A stretch of 64,000 bases of DNA from Bdellovibrionota bacterium (GTDB taxonomy: Bacteria; Bdellovibrionota_G; JALEGL01; DATDPG01), in assembly GCA_963668355.1 (NCBI GenBank), contig OY764265.1:32001-96000 (forward strand), in the 5' to 3' direction. A program made the translations under genes and the position numbers. The notes beneath the pieces were generated by a model, which did no database searches, had not been told where the DNA came from, and saw only the letters and a program-made list of their open reading frames with translations. This document shows, in pieces, positions 10,547 through 20,728 of the stretch; positions within the stretch are counted from its first letter, which is position 1, and each line of letters begins with the position of its first letter.

Positions 10547-11271
10547 ACCAGGCCATGATCTTGGCAGCGGGTTTCGCCACACGCATGCGCCCCCTCACAG
10601 ACAACCTTCCCAAGCCACTTCTTCCCTTCCAAGACAAAACCCTATTTGAACACACGCTCGACTACCTTGTTTCTCAGGGCATTCATTCAGCCAGTGTAAA
10701 TCTCCATCATGCACGTGAAGCCTTTCACAAATTTTTGGAGACCGGTTACTTGCCCATTCCCATAACGCCTTTTGACGAAGATCCCATCTTTGGAACGGGA
10801 GGTGGCATCAAAAACATGCAATCCACCATTACCGCTCAAGACTTTGTCGTATTAAATTGTGACTTCCTCACGAGCATCGACTTACGAAAAGCGTACCAAG
10901 TGCACAAAGCCACGCGTGCTTTGGCCACGTTGATACTGGTTCGCCCACCCTTTAAAGAACGCTACGGGTGGGTGTCGCTTGGAGCTGAGAATCGCATCGC
11001 GTCGTTTAAAGCCTCCAAGAAGAAAAAGTTTTCCCAGAAGCATGGCGTTTTTTCCGGAATTCATATTTTAAATCGAGCCATTTTCGACCTCATGCCCGAA
11101 CAACATACGTTCTGCATCATTCGAGATGTCTACGAGCCCTTGCTGGAGCAAGGCGAAAAAATCTTTGGCTACATCACCGATGAGCCTTGGGTAGATGTCG
11201 GAGAGCTGGATCTCTATCGCGTTGCGGAAAAAACCTTACCCACCAATTCCTTTCCTTGGAGAACGTTTTAA
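10534..11271 (+). CDS. murU: MurNAc-alpha-1-phosphate uridylyltransferase-like nucleotidyltransferase
   Basis: AMILAAGFATRMRPLTDNLPKPL, GTGGGI, WVDVG; coupled to amgK. Confidence 0.8.
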   Translation: MSQLNQAMILAAGFATRMRPLTDNLPKPLLPFQDKTLFEHTLDYLVSQGIHSASVNLHHAREAFHKFLETGYLPIPITPFDEDPIFGTGGGIKNMQSTITAQDFVVLNCDFLTSIDLRKAYQVHKATRALATLILVRPPFKERYGWVSLGAENRIASFKASKKKKFSQKHGVFSGIHILNRAIFDLMPEQHTFCIIRDVYEPLLEQGEKIFGYITDEPWVDVGELDLYRVAEKTLPTNSFPWRTF

Positions 11272-11278
11272 ATCGCCG

Positions 11279-12539
11279 CTATTCTCCCACAGTGACTGTG
11301 AATCCGTTGGAAGCATGGTTGCCTGAATTATAAACGTAGATTCGCACCTCTGTGCCATTGACATAGGCTCCCGCGTTGAACGTCGCCGTGATTTCCGTAT
11401 CACTCCATGTTTCCGGAATCTGCATTTCCCGAATTCCCGAAGGTCCCACAATTTCAATTCGAGCCAGCGTCGTATCCGCATAGACATCATCCAACCAAAC
11501 ATCCGCATCTGAACCATCATGAGAGAAGTAACCACAAAAATACGCGGATCGAAGCCCTGACACATGCGCATCATCCGCAAACGTCATGACATCCTCCCGC
11601 GTTTCTAATTCGCCGTTCAATCGCCGTCCGATAAAGCCATTGGCAACCCCTTGCGTTCCGAGATGATCGTATATTTGAATGGAATTCCAGGACGATGAAT
11701 ACTCCGAAAAACCCCCAGCATCTCTTTGGTTGGTCGATCCATGATTGATGATTCCCCGGAAGTTGGTGTACCCCCGATCATTTCCAATATTGTAGTTGGG
11801 ATATCCATGCGTGGCATCCCCATCCGGATAGTGAGCATTCAAACGCAACAGTTTAATGTTATGGGGTCCGACATCACCCGCAATTCGCCATTTCATGGAA
11901 GCAAAGCCATTTTGACTAGGGCCTTTATCTATCCAATGGGACACCAAACCAGGAGCACCTTCCGAGTCCACACGAATTACCGACTTGGCGGACATACTTC
12001 CAGACCAATGAGCTTCTGAATCATACTGAACATTGGCCAAGCGTGTGTACGCTCCGATGATCGGCAAACCGATGGGGCCGCCAGCACTGTGACCTTCAAA
12101 GTCGTCCCATAAGTGGGGAGGTGCAGGGTCTTTCGCACCAAAGCCGCTTCCCGAAATCGTGATCGTTTGGCCGTGGCTGGGATTTAAGAGGTCCACGCCT
12201 GAGATTTCCACCTCTGAAGGAGGATCCTCACACAGAGAGAAATCGAATTGACAGCTCTCCAAACAACTCAAGGCCCCGCCAAAAAACCCAAAATCCTGAC
12301 AAGATTTTTTTATTGAGATCTTCTTCATCACACAGTTCGCCCACATCCAAAAAACCATCCCCACAGGTCTCAGGAACGATGGACGAAGGAGACGAATCAT
12401 CCGAAACATCTGAATTTTGTGAAAGACTCGAATCTTCTGAGTCGGCGCCAGAGACATGACTCTCCGAACAAGAAACAGCCAAATGAAGGACGCATAAAGT
12501 CAGCAACACTCGAATGGCCAATGGAAAACTCTCTCCCAT
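11279..12539 (-). pseudogene. Surface lipoprotein (Cys-rich repeat plus IPT-like domain with beta-sandwich insert) interrupted by a frameshift
   Basis: Lipobox LAVSC and CGDGFLDVGELCD in one frame continue as SCQDFGFFGGALSCLESCQFD in the other; extra base in T7 run 12305-12311; may be a sequencing error. Confidence 0.7.
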
Positions 12540-12559
12540 AATCAACACTCTACTCCCAT

Positions 12560-12574
12560 GCGAAGGAGGTGCCA
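12560..12574 (-). promoter_or_regulatory. Sigma54-like -24/-12 promoter
   Basis: TGGCACC-TCCT-TCGC on minus strand, 20 nt above ATG 12539. Confidence 0.5.
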
Positions 12575-12715
12575 AAGATCCAGAGACAAAGGCGTCCGCA
12601 ACCCTTTAAAATAAAAGGGTTTTCACGCAACACGTCTTCGAGTATGGCCCAGAGAAACGATTTCTCTGAAAATTTTTTCGAAAGATTCTGCGAACCGGCT
12701 TACGTTTGGTAGGAC

Positions 12716-13027
12716 TTACCCAGCCACCAACTTCTGGAGCTCTCCGGATTCAAAAAGCTCTCGCGTGATGTCACAGCCTCCAACAAACTTGCCTTTGACA
12801 AACACCTGGGGTGTTGTGGGCCAGTTCGAGTACGTTTGCAACACAGGTCTTAAACTGGGATCGGCCAAAACATTAACCGCCTTGTAGTCAACTCCCAGCT
12901 CATTGAAGCATTGGAGCGTTGCCGCTGAGAAACCGCAAAGCGGTTGTTCCTTCGTTCCTTTCACAAAAAGAACGACGTCATTGTTCTTAACCAATTGATC
13001 GATTTGATCACGAATAGTTGATTCCAT
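12716..13027 (-). CDS. grxD: Monothiol glutaredoxin Grx4
   Basis: KGT..PLCGFS, YSNWPTTPQ, GGCDI. Confidence 0.95.
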   Translation of the reverse strand: MESTIRDQIDQLVKNNDVVLFVKGTKEQPLCGFSAATLQCFNELGVDYKAVNVLADPSLRPVLQTYSNWPTTPQVFVKGKFVGGCDITRELFESGELQKLVAG

Positions 13028-13289
13028 TTTCTACCTCTTCTCGAAGGGGACTACTCTGCCATTGCTCTTCCGTGAATGTTTTGATGGAAAGAGCGTGTAT
13101 GGCACCTTGAATGTCTTTTTCCAAGGGCCCATAGACCAAACGATGTTGATCCAATAGGGATAATCCATTGAATTTTTCAGAAACCGCAACCACCTGAAAG
13201 TGATCGCTGGTTCCGGTTAGATCTCGAACAAACACATGGCCCCCATCGAGGACCCCCTGTAAACGCACTTTAATATCGTCTGTTTTCAT
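13008..13289 (-). CDS. bolA: BolA family protein
   Basis: DHFQVVAVSEKFNGLSLLDQHRLVY, IHALSIKT; overlaps grxD. Confidence 0.93.
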   Translation of the reverse strand: MKTDDIKVRLQGVLDGGHVFVRDLTGTSDHFQVVAVSEKFNGLSLLDQHRLVYGPLEKDIQGAIHALSIKTFTEEQWQSSPLREEVENGINYS

Positions 13290-13322
13290 GATTTAAATCA
13301 TGTTTCTACACGATCTAGAAAC

Positions 13323-14813
13323 TCACAGCAAGTGGGGAGTCGCCAGCAAAACCGTAAGCGTCTGATTTTTTTTGGTTTTTGTATCGAAAAGGATGACATC
13401 CGATTGATCATCCTCATTGAGATTTCCCACCTTTATATACTGAGGAACCGAGACATCATAGGTACCGTTGGGAACTCCCGGAAAAGAACCGTCTTTCTGC
13501 AATAGGACTGTTAGTTCATGACGATTCCTGGCGTACAAGGCGTCCGGAAAACCATCCGCATTGAAATCTCCCTCTAAGGTGGGAAACAAGCCATCAATTT
13601 CCCCTTCCTGAAGATTGAAGCGAAACGAAATGTCTCTCGTCCAATCCGCTTTTTCCCCGTATCCCCTTTCCGAATATCGGTAGAGAGAAAAGTGGACAGT
13701 CACACTTTTTTGCAGCAGTGCTTTGATCACTGCCCATACATTGTACTGAGCCGAAGCCACCGCCAAATCAACACGACCATCAATATCAAAGTCTATCGGA
13801 AAGGCCCCCGCAGCTCGATTGCCCTCCGGCTTCAAAAGAGTCCCCTCTTTTTCAAACTTCCCCTTTGCATCAGCAAAAAAGATCCGTGTCTCCGCCTGCA
13901 TGGACGTCACGGAGCCCTTAAACTTATTCACCAGAAAATCTGTAATCCCGTCCCCATTTAAATCTCGGGGGAACGTCACCACAAAACTTCGTCCATCGTC
14001 GCGTTCCTCTTCGGACAATTGACGAAGAAAAATCCGTTCCGAGGCATTTGAAACCCCTGAAAAACGAATCACTTCATCCATCCAGGGAGCAAAGAAAACG
14101 GGGGCTCCTGGATCTTTGGGGTGTCCCCCAATCAGTTGAAGGTACCAGAAGGATGTTCTGGCCATGAATGGAAGATCGAATGGGCGTCCATTCACAGAAG
14201 ACTTCGAAAATCCTTTCGGCGGAATGGAAAAAACTTTGGATTGAAGCAAACCGTTGGGTTCTATCTTCAAAAAAATGACCCCTTCGGGAGAGGGAGCAAA
14301 AAAGCCTCTCGAGTGAATGAGTAATTCCAATGGCGTCACGTTCCCGTCAGGAACCGAAGCAAAGGGGAAAGGAAAAACGACTTTTCGTTTCTCTTGTGGT
14401 TCAAAGCCCTTTCCTTCCCAGCTCCAAACTTCCAAATGGCTTTTTCGAATCAGAAGAAACGAAGGCGTGGAAATCAAACGCAAGGGGATGGGGGCAAAAA
14501 ACAAGACATCATCGGGAAAAGGGGTTTCCGATTTGGAATGAAATTTTTTTTCGCTTGAATCCAGTGCCCACAAAGAAAGGACATTTTTCCATTCCGGATA
14601 GCTTCCCCGCCTTTCGATCAACAGGAGCTCCTGACCACCACCCTCAAAAAAATCAAAAAGCATGAGATGACGAAGTCGGCCCTTCAGGGAAACATCGAGG
14701 CGATCAAAAATCTCGGCCTTGGGCATAAAGGCGTTTTGTCCGGTGGCGGACAAAGGGATCACGCAAAACAAAAATAAGCTAAGTCCTATGATTTTCATGG
14801 GTTTGACGCTCAT
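13323..14813 (-). CDS. Exported FG-GAP/VCBS repeat protein
   Basis: Signal peptide; DLNGDGITDF, DFDIDGRVDL, DFNADGFPD, NLNEDDQSD Ca-binding repeats. Confidence 0.75.
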   Translation of the reverse strand: MSVKPMKIIGLSLFLFCVIPLSATGQNAFMPKAEIFDRLDVSLKGRLRHLMLFDFFEGGGQELLLIERRGSYPEWKNVLSLWALDSSEKKFHSKSETPFPDDVLFFAPIPLRLISTPSFLLIRKSHLEVWSWEGKGFEPQEKRKVVFPFPFASVPDGNVTPLELLIHSRGFFAPSPEGVIFLKIEPNGLLQSKVFSIPPKGFSKSSVNGRPFDLPFMARTSFWYLQLIGGHPKDPGAPVFFAPWMDEVIRFSGVSNASERIFLRQLSEEERDDGRSFVVTFPRDLNGDGITDFLVNKFKGSVTSMQAETRIFFADAKGKFEKEGTLLKPEGNRAAGAFPIDFDIDGRVDLAVASAQYNVWAVIKALLQKSVTVHFSLYRYSERGYGEKADWTRDISFRFNLQEGEIDGLFPTLEGDFNADGFPDALYARNRHELTVLLQKDGSFPGVPNGTYDVSVPQYIKVGNLNEDDQSDVILFDTKTKKNQTLTVLLATPHLL

Positions 14814-14908
14814 ACAGGCCAATGATAAGAGCTTAGTTCGGATGACAAAAAAAGAAAGATCTGAATTCAAAAACAACCTTTTTTGTCATTGAGAAGGGGA
14901 ATCGATTC

Positions 14909-15721
14909 ATGCCAAAGGACGCGCAAAACCATACGCAGATCATTAAACCCATCGCGGAAAAGTTAGCCCGTGAACTTCAGAGCGAAGGGGTAATTTTAAA
15001 TTGGGAAGCCGAAGAGACCACTCTACCGGATTCCTCCCCTTACTCCGACATTTCGCCTCAAGATTTGGCCCGAAAAATCGACCATACGCTGCTCAAGCCG
15101 GAATCCACAGAAGCCGATGTGGACCGAATGTGCGAAGAAGCGAGGGAGTGGAGTTTCGCTTCGGTTTGTGTGAACGGAACCCACACGGCTCAAACGGCCA
15201 AAAAACTCAAGGGCTCTCAGAGCAAAGCCATTACGGTTGTGGGATTTCCTTTGGGGGCCATGCTTCCCGAAGCCAAAGCGTTCGAAGCCAAATTGGCTTT
15301 GGAACAAGGAGCCCAAGAAATCGATATGGTGATGAATATTGGAGCGCTTAAGTCCAAGAATTACGCCCTGGTTTTGAGGGACATGCAGGCCGTTCAACAT
15401 GAATGCGGTCCCCGAAAGCTCAAAGTGATTTTGGAAACGGGTAGCTTAAACCAAGAAGAAAAAATTGAAGCTTGTCTCTTGGCCAAAACCGCCCGAGTCG
15501 CTTTCGTCAAAACATCCACGGGATTCGGAAAGGGGGGAGCCACGGTTGAAGACATTCAACTCATGCGCGAAGTCGTTGGCAATGAGATGCAGGTCAAAGC
15601 CAGTGGGGGAATTCGAACCCGGGAAGACGCCGTAGCCATGTTGAATGCCGGAGCTGACCGCCTTGGATGCAGCGCCAGCGTTGCCATCGTAAAAGGAAAC
15701 ACAGGGGGAGAAGGATATTGA
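14909..15721 (+). CDS. deoC: Deoxyribose-phosphate aldolase
   Basis: IDHTLLKP, VVGFPLG, EIDMV, KVILET, FVKTSTGF, VKASGGIR; ~45-aa N-terminal extension. Confidence 0.96.
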   Translation: MPKDAQNHTQIIKPIAEKLARELQSEGVILNWEAEETTLPDSSPYSDISPQDLARKIDHTLLKPESTEADVDRMCEEAREWSFASVCVNGTHTAQTAKKLKGSQSKAITVVGFPLGAMLPEAKAFEAKLALEQGAQEIDMVMNIGALKSKNYALVLRDMQAVQHECGPRKLKVILETGSLNQEEKIEACLLAKTARVAFVKTSTGFGKGGATVEDIQLMREVVGNEMQVKASGGIRTREDAVAMLNAGADRLGCSASVAIVKGNTGGEGY

Positions 15722-16548
15722 CTAAATTATCTGCAACGACGGTCGCTGCGGAAGGCAACCGCCAATATCATCTAGATTGCAAACCCGGCGATCTTGCCGA
15801 AAACATTCTTATGGTCGGTGATCCCGAACGCGTGAAAAAAGTGCTGACACGATTTGAGAGCGTGCGATTTCAGCATTCCCATCGTGAGTATGTTGTGGCC
15901 ACGGGCCTTTTTCAGGGCGTAGAACTTTCGGTCCTGGCCACGGGAATGGGGCAAGACACGACGGAAATCGCCGTGATTGAAAGCTGTCAAATCACGAAGT
16001 CTCCAACATTCATTCGATGTGGAAGCAGCGGAGCCCTTCAACCTGAGCCCAAATTGGGGGATTTGGCGATTTCCCAAGCCTCGCTTCGACTGGACAAAAC
16101 CACCTATTATTATGTTCCGGACAGTTACCCCGCCATCGCCGATACGGAAGTGGTCCTGGCTTTGGCGCAATCCTGTAAACAGAATGCGGCGCCTTTTCAT
16201 GTGGGTTTGACGGCCAGTGCCCCCGGTTTTTTTGGCCCTCAAGGAAGAGAACTTCCGGGATTTCCCATTCGCTTTCCGGAATTGCCCAATGAATTGGCTC
16301 GATGCGGAGTCATGAATTTTGAAATGGAAACCGCTACGCTCTTCACCTTGGCAAAGCTAAGAGGCGTTCGCGCGGGCGCCATTTGTGCCATTTTTGGCAA
16401 TCGCTCTCAGGACCAATTTGCAGACCCCACAGAGCGGGAAAAAGCAGAGGCCAGATGCATTGACGCTGCCTTACAAGCTTTTCCGATTTTGCAAAAAATG
16501 GATGCACAAAAAAATGAAGAAGGGACGCCCATATGGACACCGAGTTAA
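15718..16548 (+). CDS. udp: Uridine phosphorylase-like nucleoside phosphorylase (NP-I)
   Basis: QYHL, GDPERV, REY, IRCGSSGALQ, QGR, NFEME; probable TTG start overlapping the deoC stop. Confidence 0.8.
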   Translation: MTKLSATTVAAEGNRQYHLDCKPGDLAENILMVGDPERVKKVLTRFESVRFQHSHREYVVATGLFQGVELSVLATGMGQDTTEIAVIESCQITKSPTFIRCGSSGALQPEPKLGDLAISQASLRLDKTTYYYVPDSYPAIADTEVVLALAQSCKQNAAPFHVGLTASAPGFFGPQGRELPGFPIRFPELPNELARCGVMNFEMETATLFTLAKLRGVRAGAICAIFGNRSQDQFADPTEREKAEARCIDAALQAFPILQKMDAQKNEEGTPIWTPS

Positions 16549-17387
16549 CTTCCACTGAGGAGTGGAAAACCGTCATCACAAAATGCCTTCAAACCTTGCG
16601 CAGTCGCTTTGGGGATTCTTCCCCAGACATGGCCATGATCTTGGGATCAGGTTTGGGATCCTTCGCGGACGAACTTGAAGACAGCTTACACCTTCCCTAT
16701 GGAGATCTCCCCGGATTTCCTCTTCCGACGGTTCCCGGTCATTCGGGAGAGTGTGTGGTTGGGAAAATGGGAGACAAGCGCGTCCTCATTTTTCGCGGAA
16801 GATTTCACTTTTACGAGGGACACTCCCTTCACACAGCAACGTTACCTGTCAGAGTTGCCGGCGCGTGGAAGATTCCGACGCTAATCGTCACCAATGCGGC
16901 TGGAGGCATCCGAAAAGACTGGGCCCCCGCCTCCCTCATGGTGATCTCCGATCATTTAAACCTACTGGGACATAACCCTTTGAGGGGAGCAAACTTGGAT
17001 GATTTTGGAACCCGCTTTCCAGATCTATCCAATGCATACGATCCTGCGTATCGGAAACAAATGTTTGAGATTGCTCAGAAAGCTAATATCGACCTAAAAG
17101 AAGGCATATACGCAGCCATGAATGGACCTTCCTATGAAACACCTGCGGAAGTGAGAATGCTTCGAACTTTGGGAGCGGATGCCGTGGGAATGTCAACGGT
17201 TCCAGAAACCATTGTGGCCAGGCACCACGGCATGCGCGTTCTAGGCATGTCGTGCATTACGAATCACGCTGCAGGCGTGCAAGATGACCCAGGGCAAGAG
17301 GTCAATCACGAAGAAGTCATCGAAAACAGTAAGAAAGCCGAAGCCCATTTCAAAAAACTTTTAAAAGCGTGGGTAAAAGCCGTTTAG
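16533..17387 (+). CDS. punA: Purine nucleoside phosphorylase (trimeric type)
   Basis: ILGSGLG, GRFHFYEG, TNAAGG, GPSYETPAE, AVGMSTVPE, TNHAAG. Confidence 0.93.
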   Translation: MDTELTSTEEWKTVITKCLQTLRSRFGDSSPDMAMILGSGLGSFADELEDSLHLPYGDLPGFPLPTVPGHSGECVVGKMGDKRVLIFRGRFHFYEGHSLHTATLPVRVAGAWKIPTLIVTNAAGGIRKDWAPASLMVISDHLNLLGHNPLRGANLDDFGTRFPDLSNAYDPAYRKQMFEIAQKANIDLKEGIYAAMNGPSYETPAEVRMLRTLGADAVGMSTVPETIVARHHGMRVLGMSCITNHAAGVQDDPGQEVNHEEVIENSKKAEAHFKKLLKAWVKAV

Positions 17388-17842
17388 TTCGTTTCTTCTG
17401 GAACACCGATATCCTCGTTCCATAAATCCGGCTTTTCTCGGATCATCCGCCGCATGAGTTCTTTACACTCTTCATTGTCTAAGTGTGTGAGATTCACACC
17501 TTTGGTTTGAAGCCAATCCTCGGCCCCCATAAACGTTTCATTTTCGCCAATGATGACATTTGGAATCTTAAACAACAGCGCCGTTCCGGAACACATCGAA
17601 CACGGGCTCAACGTGCTGACCAAAGTCAGCTTATGCCAATCTCTCCTTCTTCCCGCATTTCGAATGCATTCCATTTCAGCATGAGCCGTCGGGTCATCTT
17701 TCTGAACCCGCATATTATGGCCTCGGGCCACAACATTTCCGTTTTCATCCGCTAGAACCGAGCCAATGGGAATGCCTCCTTCTTCCCAACCTTTTTTTGC
17801 TTCATGAATCGCCTCTTGTAAAAGTTCCTCGTGAGACATCAT
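17384..17842 (-). CDS. Zn-dependent cytosine/nucleoside deaminase (yeast Fcy1-like)
   Basis: EGGIPIGS, HAE, LSPCSMC, IIGENETF, C-terminal WNEDIG. Confidence 0.85.
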   Translation of the reverse strand: MMSHEELLQEAIHEAKKGWEEGGIPIGSVLADENGNVVARGHNMRVQKDDPTAHAEMECIRNAGRRRDWHKLTLVSTLSPCSMCSGTALLFKIPNVIIGENETFMGAEDWLQTKGVNLTHLDNEECKELMRRMIREKPDLWNEDIGVPEETN

Positions 17843-17851
17843 CGACCTTTC

Positions 17852-18721
17852 CTATAAGAATTTAAGAATGTCCTTTGGGTCTTCTTCAAATTTTCCCTGA
17901 TCCCATTCGGCTTTGATTCGCAGCCCTTCCAACGCCATCTGAATGGCCGGATCGGGATCTGGATGTTCGAATTCGGTTCCTCCCGTATCATGGCTGCCAT
18001 ACGGGGAAAGAATCTGAAGCATACATCCAGCTTCGATGTTTAATGGAGAAGACGCGTTGTAGAGATCAGACAAAATTGTCAAAACACTGAATTCCATCTC
18101 CGTTGCCAAAACACCCATTTCTTGAAAGGCATTCAGAATGACTTCCCGCGAGGCGGCCAAAGGAGATTGTTTGGGAGCTTCGGTCGCATACAACTCGTCT
18201 TTGGCATGTACCGGGCCAAACCATAAGTCTTGTCCCAACGTTCGTTGGCTGTTCTTTCCGGCCAACAATAAAGCCAGAGAAATTTTTGTTCCCGCAACCG
18301 AGGGGTACGCACTGGGAATCCATTTTTCCGTCGTCCCTTCGTCCCGAACGGCAGAGTTGGCCACAACAATATGCCCCACCTTAACAAAATCTTGCCAAGC
18401 GCCCGCCGTTCCCAAACGAACCAAACTCACGCGCCCGTTGTCAGGGGCATCAACGGAATCCAACACCTCCGGCAAAACGATCGCCGTAGAAGCCGGACCC
18501 ATTCCGCAACATACGGCGGTAATCAATATTCCTCGATAATCCCCACGAATGCATCGAAGGCCACGATTCTCCGAAAGCGTGGTCGGCTGACTTAAGAAAC
18601 TTGCAATGCGCGTAACCCTCTCCGGAGAACCACATGTAATGATATGCGGAGAGATATCTCCTTTTTTCACATGCAGGTGGTGACAAAATCCCTGTTGATC
18701 TCGAAATACATTCATCATCAT
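17852..18721 (-). CDS. Divergent NP-I family nucleoside phosphorylase
   Basis: CGSPERV, GMGPAS, RLGTAGA, AVRDEGTT, ATEMEFS. Confidence 0.8.
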   Translation of the reverse strand: MMMNVFRDQQGFCHHLHVKKGDISPHIITCGSPERVTRIASFLSQPTTLSENRGLRCIRGDYRGILITAVCCGMGPASTAIVLPEVLDSVDAPDNGRVSLVRLGTAGAWQDFVKVGHIVVANSAVRDEGTTEKWIPSAYPSVAGTKISLALLLAGKNSQRTLGQDLWFGPVHAKDELYATEAPKQSPLAASREVILNAFQEMGVLATEMEFSVLTILSDLYNASSPLNIEAGCMLQILSPYGSHDTGGTEFEHPDPDPAIQMALEGLRIKAEWDQGKFEEDPKDILKFL

Positions 18722-18806
18722 TCCTCATCTTAAGGGCCCCAGGCCCGATCTGGCAATCCTTTGTGTTTTACCCGAAATCTTTGCCGATCCTTCAAAGAGC
18801 ACTATA

Positions 18807-19631
18807 GTGCGCTTCATGGAACAGCAATATCTTCAGCTGGAATGCACGAAAAATGAGCGGAAACACGAATATGGTGAACACGTTCATCTGGTTTCTGACC
18901 CCGTCTGCATTAGCCGATTGGCAAGGCTTTGCAGTCCGGAGTGCGTTCAACCCGAAATCAATCGGTTGATTGGAAGCCTCTACCACACCCTGGCGCATTA
19001 CGTAGCCAACCGGGAGTTGCCTCGAACGCCGACCGAAGTTCCAACACGAATGGCCGAAGCCCATCCGAAAGAAGGTATTTATCGAGGAGAGGTCATTGAC
19101 CGAAACACTCGCGCCATATTCGTGGATTTAGCACGAGCCGGAATGCTTCCATCGATTCAGGCCTTTGAAATGTATTCAGGCTTGCTCCACCCCGCCAATG
19201 TTCGCGTGGACCACATCTTCATCAATCGAGCTGTGGATGAAGACAAACGGGTCACAGGAGCCCCGATACATGCCTCAAAAATTGGAGGGCCGGTCAGCGA
19301 TGCCATCATCATCATTCCTGACCCCATGGGAGCCACTGGAAACTCCATGTCCAACGTGATTTCCTATTACCAAAAAGAGGTTTCTGGAAAACCCTTAAAA
19401 TGGATTGCGCTGAACCTGATCATCACCCCCGAATACATTCGGAAACTTAAAAACGATCATCCCGAAGTACAAATTTACGCTTTTCGATTGGATCGAGGCT
19501 TTAGTTCTGAGAAAGCGTTAAACGCCGTTCCCGGAAAGTATTGGGATGAAGAAAAAGGACTCAATGACCAACAATACATCGTCCCTGGAGGCGGTGGTTT
19601 TGGAGAAATCATTAGCAACGCATTTGTATGA
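18807..19631 (+). CDS. upp: Uracil phosphoribosyltransferase-like protein
   Basis: LARAG, PRPP motif IIIPDPMGATGNS, LNDQQYIVPGGGGFGE. Confidence 0.75.
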   Translation: MRFMEQQYLQLECTKNERKHEYGEHVHLVSDPVCISRLARLCSPECVQPEINRLIGSLYHTLAHYVANRELPRTPTEVPTRMAEAHPKEGIYRGEVIDRNTRAIFVDLARAGMLPSIQAFEMYSGLLHPANVRVDHIFINRAVDEDKRVTGAPIHASKIGGPVSDAIIIIPDPMGATGNSMSNVISYYQKEVSGKPLKWIALNLIITPEYIRKLKNDHPEVQIYAFRLDRGFSSEKALNAVPGKYWDEEKGLNDQQYIVPGGGGFGEIISNAFV

Positions 19632-20179
19632 TGAACGAACAAAATATTTATTTATCTGAAAAACAAATTCAAAAACGAATTCAAGAATTGGGTGAAACCA
19701 TCACTCAAGACATGAAGGGAAAAGACCTCGTCTGTATTGGCATTCTAAAAGGATCCATCATTTTCATGGCGGATTTGATTCGTCACATTCAGCTTCCCTT
19801 GTCCATCGACTTCATGGCGGCCTCCAGTTACGGAGATGCCATGAAATCCTCGGGGGTCGTAAAGATCAATATGGATTTAGCCCATCCCATCGAAGGAAAA
19901 GATGTCTTGATCATCGAGGACATTGTGGACACGGGTCTGACCTTGGATTACTTGCTAAAACATTTGAAGATGAGAAAGCCAAAATCTCTTACGCTGTGTT
20001 CTTTGCTCCTCAAGCCATCCAAATTAAAAAAACCCATTCAAGTTGATTATCTTGGTTTTTCCATCGACGATCGATTCGTCATTGGTTATGGCCTCGATCA
20101 CGCTGAAAAATTCCGAAATCTTCCTTATTTGGCGTACGTCGAAGAAGAGGATTCCGAAAACCAAAAGGAGAAAAAATGA
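19628..20179 (+). CDS. hpt: Hypoxanthine phosphoribosyltransferase
   Basis: GILKGS, SSYG, VLIIEDIVDTGLT, FVIGYGLD. Confidence 0.96.
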   Translation: MMNEQNIYLSEKQIQKRIQELGETITQDMKGKDLVCIGILKGSIIFMADLIRHIQLPLSIDFMAASSYGDAMKSSGVVKINMDLAHPIEGKDVLIIEDIVDTGLTLDYLLKHLKMRKPKSLTLCSLLLKPSKLKKPIQVDYLGFSIDDRFVIGYGLDHAEKFRNLPYLAYVEEEDSENQKEKK

Positions 20180-20562
20180 GTTTAAAGATTGTTTCGACAG
20201 ACAAAGCCCCCAAAGCCATTGGCCCCTATTCTCAAGCAATTATTGCCAATGGAATGCTTTTCAGCGCGGGGCAAATCCCTCTCAACCCCACCAATGGTGA
20301 AATGGTCACAGGGGATGTCCAAACGCAGGCCAAACAAGTTCTGGAAAACATTCAAGGTGTTTTGTCGGCCGAGGGATTGGATTTTTCGGATATCGTCAAA
20401 ACTACGGTTTTCATCACAACCATGGACCATTTTCCCGCCTTAAATGAGGTCTATGCGTCCTATTTTGGAGATTCCAAACCGGCTCGTTCGTGCGTAGCGG
20501 TTTCTCAACTCCCCAAAAACGCCCTGGTGGAAATCGAATTCGTTGCCGCATTGAAAGCGTAA
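20176..20562 (+). CDS. ridA: RidA family enamine/imine deaminase
   Basis: APKAIGPYSQA, AGQIPL, KPARSCVAVSQLPKNALVEIE. Confidence 0.93.
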   Translation: MSLKIVSTDKAPKAIGPYSQAIIANGMLFSAGQIPLNPTNGEMVTGDVQTQAKQVLENIQGVLSAEGLDFSDIVKTTVFITTMDHFPALNEVYASYFGDSKPARSCVAVSQLPKNALVEIEFVAALKA

Positions 20563-20728
20563 CAAGATTTCAAAACGAAACATTGGTGCGCGCGCGTTAA
20601 AACTTGACACAAGCGCACCATAAGCCAAAATAAGATCTTGAAGAAGCTAACGCATTGTGTTACAAGCTCAATATAAATGGGATTGGCACGCGTAAGTGCC
20701 TAATATCTCAATCGTTATGGAGGAAGGA

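Noticed and set aside
17384..17842. tadA or cdd call
   Set aside because: GEN and WNEDIG motifs fit Fcy1-like base deaminases; TadA-type TLEPC and C-terminal features are absent
20683..20699. Sigma54 promoter before the PhaR-like gene
   Set aside because: TGGCACG is present but the GC is one base off the strict -24/-12 spacing
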